Source: Macrostomum lignano (taxonomy: Eukaryota). From it: a stretch of DNA of 64,000 bases. The notes beneath the pieces are model-generated. The model did no database searches, was not told the DNA's origin, and saw only the letters and a list, made by a program, of their open reading frames with translations. The translations under genes were made by a program, and so were the position numbers. Of this stretch, positions 59,041-64,000 are shown piece by piece (within the stretch, counting starts at the first letter, position 1; each line of letters begins with the position of its first letter). The stretch lies in the NCBI GenBank assembly GCA_002269645.1, contig NIVC01000303.1, positions 124,001 through 188,000 of the forward strand, in the 5' to 3' direction.

Positions 59041-61491
59041 CGTAGGAGGGCGAGCAAAAGGGAGGCTGGGAGGGGGAGGGTGAGGGAGGTCGACTAGCAG
59101 GAAGTTGAGAGGTTGAGTGAGTTTGTTGAGCACATATGAAGGGCACTTTTTGTTAGGAATGATATTTTGAATAAGGATTTTCTCAAATCTGTCACCATAA
59201 TCTATAGTCTTAAATATTGAATAAAACTGTTCCACAGGTGAGTGATTGACTGATTGATTGAAGCGAGGAAAGTCGATATAAAAAGATGTTTAATTCATTT
59301 TTTGCTGGATGACAGACGGACAGACACTTATTTAAACTCAAACTCAAACACATTGACACTAGTATAATACAATTTTCGTGTTTCATTTCTGTCCGTGCAG
59401 TGCCGATTTGCGCTTCTCTTATTGTAAATGGGATTTATAGAATAATTAGTTGGGAATATGAGCTGTGAGAAATAACTAAACTCCATGCAAGAGGCAAGCC
59501 TTTCTATTGGGGTCGTGAGAATGGGACCATATGGCATGTCGGAGCTGGATTGTTAGATATTTAGCAGTAAGGTGTTCGCTTCTTCCCCTCCCCCCTCCTC
59601 GGTTTTTGTTCCCCATTTCTTTCTATGCTTCTGCATTGCTTGCCCCTGTAGTACACGTACACTGTGTGCATATGTACAAATACAGTGCAGTATATATGCA
59701 GATTTTTTAGTTCGATTCGAAGTCAAAATTGAGGTTGCTCTCAGATAAGGTTGTGCACTGCTTTCAAATGTATTAAATAATAATAATATATATTAAAAGC
59801 GTTTTGGTCCTAACCCCGTCTTACACGTTGCAATTGAATACTTTAATTTTATTGGGTCTAGTTACATATAACTGCAATATTTTAATAGAATCAAATTGTT
59901 ACGCAATATAATCTACTAAATAATTGGCTAATTGCCTTCGTTTGTGGGTGCGGCGGAAAACAGTTAATTGTTTGTTCGTTCGTTTTATGGCCCTCGGCGA
60001 TTTGTAAATATTGCAAACGTCAGAGAGACCCCAGCGCGCGTCTATGCCTCCCCCCCCCTAGTCCTCTAACTTCGATTATTTTTAGTTACTGTTACCATTT
60101 ATTGCCAATAATAGAACGCCAGATTAAAACTAAAACTCTATTATCGATCCAGAAAATCATATTCTCAGAGAGATTATAAGTATCTGACTTCGCTAGCTTG
60201 TCGTGTATTCCCTTGAGTTATCGTCTTATTCATTCATTCTTTTTACAAGTGAACGAGTCCGGAGTCATTCATTTAAATCATATGAGCCGTTCTTGTTCTA
60301 CTCAAACCCACGAACACAATCGTGTACGTACGAATGCAGCTCAGCCCTTGAATGAATGGGAAGTTAAAGTGTTTGAGAGGTTGTTGAGGCTTATCCCCAT
60401 TTCATTCCTCACACACCGCAGTCAATGCAGTCACATTATTTGCCTGCTAAGGTCCAAACTTTTACAACCGCCTTCTCCCCGCCGCCCGTTTCAACCCACC
60501 AACCCCAATCAGGCCACACCCACCCACACCCCAATTCGACTAAAATGGCTGGGTGGAGTGAGGGTTGTTAACAGTTAAACGACTAAATAAAGTAAGTAAA
60601 GTGGCGAAGTAAAGTAAGAGCCGCTCTGCGGGGGGGGGGGGGTAGGCTGAGGGCCCCCCGGGTGCGGGGTTGTCTTACTGCTGCTGAGAAGCCATATTGG
60701 AGCCTTCACTCACCCCCGAAATCAAGCCTCTCAGTCCCCAACCCACCACCCCACTTACTAACCAATCAAATCCGGCCGCCAGTGCCCCCCGGCACAACAC
60801 AACTTTAAAGCGTTTGCAGGCCGGGGCAATGACACGACAGTATTATTGGGGGGGCCTTGAGAATAATATAAAAAAGAAGAGTGAGGGCCGGGGGGGGAGC
60901 GTTATTGGGCAGAGGGCCGGGCTGGGCAAGGATAGACGAGAAAACGAGAGAGAAAAGAAGAAATATAAGTAGGGGGAAGGGGGATAAAACTCCACACACA
61001 CACAGAAGGAGAAAAGGAGCGGCACCTACACACTCAAAATCCTGAGCGCCAGAAACTCCCCATTCCGTCAGATCTGTCTTTTTTCTGTTCTCCTGTTTCT
61101 CTCCCTCCCGGCCTTCCCCTCTCTCCAAACTTCTGTTCTTACTGCTAAGCACCCCCCCATTCACTCGCCCCTGAACTCGTGTGGCTTTTAGAGGCAAAAC
61201 GCAAAGAGGAAGAAGAGAGCTAAAAACTTTGGGCCAAGCAAAAGCAGATATCTTATTAGGAGCGAAATATTTGGCTGCTTGGAGCGGCTAAAGCGCTATA
61301 GTAAGTAAAGCAGTAAGCTTCTTCGTCTTGTTCTTGGTGAACTTTGTTTCAATTTGATACATATGAAAATTGTTGATTTTCTTTTCAAACAGATTCTTTT
61401 GATGCTTTTTAGCATCCGGCATCGACTATAGGCCCTCGCTCAGCAGAAGCAGCAAAAGCAACAACCAATCCTATAATAAATCATTGTTGCC

Positions 61492-61626
61492 ATGGAAACG
61501 GCAGCTTCGGGTCTGTACAGCGCGGATTTAGCGGCCGCTGCGGCCGCGGCTCAGTTCGGTCAATTCCCGGATTCGAATAATCCCCTGGATTATTTTCAGA
61601 TCACCACGGCGTCAAGTTTGCCGCAG
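61492..61626 (+). CDS. Probable first coding exon of a further gene (METAASGLYSADLAAAAAAAQFGQFPDSNNPLDYFQITTASSLPQ), continuing beyond the window
   Basis: ATG in GCCATGG context, 45 open codons, donor CAG|GTGAGA at 61627, followed by an intronic minisatellite as in the other genes; acceptor-like TTTTTAG upstream at ~61411. Confidence 0.6.
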
Positions 61627-61685
61627 GTGAGAAATTGAGTACGGCTGCTGATGATGGGTGTTTGGTGCTTATTCCTCCCCCCCCC

Positions 61686-64000
61686 CAATCTGAGAAGATC
61701 CGCCCCAATCTAAGAAGATCCGCCCCCAATCTAAGAAGATCCGCCCCAATCTAAGAAGATCCGCCCCAATCTGAGAAGATCCGCCCCTAATCTAAGAATA
61801 TCCGCCCCAATCTAAGAAAATCCGCCCCAATCTAAGAAGATCCGCCCCAATCTGAGAAGATCCGCCCCAATCTGAGAAGATCCGCCCCCAATCTAAGAAG
61901 ATCCGCCCCCAATCTAAGAAGATCCGCCCCCAATCTAAGAAGATCCGCCCCTAATCTAAGAATATCCGCCCCAATCTAAGAAAATCCGCCCCAATCTAAG
62001 AAGATCCGCCCCAATCTAAGAAGATCCGCCCCCAATCTAAGAAGATCCGCCCCCAATCTAAGAAGATCCGCCCCTAATCTAAGAATATCCGCCCCAATCT
62101 AAGAAAATCCGCCCCAATCTAAGAAGATCCGCCCCAATCTAAGAAGATCCGACCCCAATCTAAGAAGATCCGCCCCCAATCTGAGAAGATCCGTGCCAAT
62201 CTAAGAAGATCCGCCCCAATCTAAGAAGATCCGCCCCAATCTGAGAAGATCCGCCCCAAATCTGAGAAGATCCGCCCCAAATCTAAGAAGATCCGCCCCC
62301 AATCTAAGAAGATCTAAGAAAATCCGCCCCAATCTAAGAAAATCCGTCCCAATCTAAGAAGATCCGACCCAATCTAAGAAGATCCGCCCCAATCTAAGAA
62401 AATCCGTCCCAATCTAAGAAGATCCGACCCAATCTAAGAAGATCCGCCCCAATCTAAGAAGATCCGCCCCAATCTAAGAAGATCCGCCCCAATCTAAGAA
62501 GATCCGCCCCCAATCTAGGAAGATCCCCCCCCAATCTAAGAAGATCCGCCCCAATCTAAGAAGATCCGCCCCAATCTAAGAAGATCCGCCCCCAATCTAA
62601 GAAGATCTGCCCCCAATCTAAGAAGATCCGCCCCTAATCTAAGAATATCCGCCCCAATCTAAGAAAATCCGCCCCAATCTAAGAAGATCCGCCCCTATCT
62701 AAGAAGATCCGACCCAATCTGAGAAGATCCGCCCCAATCTAAGAAGATCCGCCCCAATCTGAGAAGATCCGCCCCAATCTAAGAAGATCCGACCCCAATC
62801 TAAGAAGATCCGCCCCCAATCTAAGAAAATCCGCCCCAATCTAAGAAAATCCGCCCCAATCTAAGAAGATCCGCCCCAATCTAAGAAGATCCGCCCCCAA
62901 TCTAAGAAGGTCCGCCCCCAATCTAAGAAGATCCCCCCCCAATCTAAGAAGATCCGCCCCAATCTAAGAAGATCCGCCCCAATCTAAGAAGATCCACCCC
63001 AATCTAAGAAGATCCCCCCCCAATCTAAGAAGATCCGCCCCAATCTAAGAAGATCCGCCCCAATCTAAGAAGATCCCCCCCCAATCTAAGAAGATCCGCC
63101 CCAATCTAAGAAGATCCGCCCCAATCTAAGAAGATCCGCCCCAATCTAAGAAGATCCGCCCCAATCTGAGAAGATCCGCCCCAATCTAAGAAGATCCGCC
63201 CCAATCTGAGAAGATCCGCCCCAATCTGAGAAGATCCGCCCCAATCTAAGAAAATCCGCCCCAATCTGAGAAGATCCGCCCCAATCTGAGAAGATCCGCC
63301 CCCAATCTAAGAAGATCCGCCCCCAATCTAAGAAGATCCGCCCCCAATCTAAGAAGATCCGCCCCTAATCTAAGAATATCCGCCCCAATCTAAGAAGATC
63401 CGCCCCAATCTAAGAAGATCCGCCCCAATCTAAGAAGATCCGACCCAATCTGAGAAGATCCGCCCCAATCTAAGAAGATCCGCCCCAATCTGAGAAGATC
63501 CGCCCCAAATCTAAGAAGATCCGCCCCCAATCTAAGAAGATCTAAGAAAATCCGCCCCAATCTAAGAAAATCCGCCCCAATCTAAGAAGATCCGCCCCAA
63601 TCTAAGAAGATCCGCCCCAATCTAAGAAGATCCGCCCCCAATCTAAGAAGATCCGCCCCAATCTAAGAAGATCCGCCCCCAATCTAGGAAGATCCGCCCC
63701 TATTCTAAGAATATCCGCCCCAATCTAAGAAGATCCGCCCCCCCAATCTGAGAAGATCCGCCCCCCCAATCTGAGAAGATCCGCCTCCCCCCTATCTCAG
63801 AAGATCCGCCCCCCCCATCTCAGAAGATCCGCCCCCCCATCTCAGAAGATCCGCCCCCCATCTCAGAAGATCCGCCCCCCCCCATCTCAGAAGATCCGCC
63901 CCCCATCTCAGAAGATCCGCCCCCCCCCATCTCAGAAGATCCGCCCCCCCATCTCAGAAGATCCGCCCCCCATCTCAGAAGATCCGCCCCCCATCTCAGA
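61686..64000. repeat. 20-21-bp minisatellite AATCTAAGAAGATCCGCCCC (intron of the fourth gene)
   Basis: More than 100 tandem units to the window end. Confidence 0.97.

Noticed and set aside
59225-59243. Recursive splice site (CAG|GTGAGT)
   Set aside because: CAG|GTGAGT is simply the ordinary donor consensus and the upstream pyrimidine tract is weak; more likely the donor of an unmapped non-coding exon, or chance.
60198-61197. ORFs upstream of the fourth gene
   Set aside because: No recognisable domains or coherent splice structure; probably promoter/5' UTR sequence.
10163-64000. Repetitive ORFs such as [61 protein letters not shown]
   Set aside because: They are translations of intronic minisatellites lying between phase-consistent exons; not independent genes.

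Overview
Eukaryotic (metazoan) genomic DNA with four intron-containing genes, all on the + strand. These are an uncharacterised multi-pass membrane protein (start 9687), a complete 15-exon ANAPC1/APC1 (15250-33347, about 2138 aa), a complete 10-exon kinesin-4 of the KIF27/KIF7 type (35215-56908, about 1226 aa), and the first coding exon of a fourth gene (61492-61626). Almost every intron, and the predicted 3' UTRs, carry their own minisatellite array. Together with the Gln/Ala-rich protein style this suggests a Macrostomum-like flatworm (inference, not verified). Mobile DNA includes a 2054-bp hAT deletion derivative with an exact 8-bp TSD, two copies of a tRNA-derived SINE with TSDs, a second SINE-like element, a ~3.4-kb tandemly repeated unit at the left end, and decayed hAT/Gypsy remnants. 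The most notable unannotated signals are three paralogous intronic box H/ACA snoRNA-like elements sharing one guide pocket across two host genes, and a frameshifted PC4/Sub1-like ssDNA-binding gene antisense inside the 8.9-kb kinesin intron. Most long ORFs in the supplied track are artefacts of the repeats. All gene models were built by hand from splice-site consensus and reading-frame phase.
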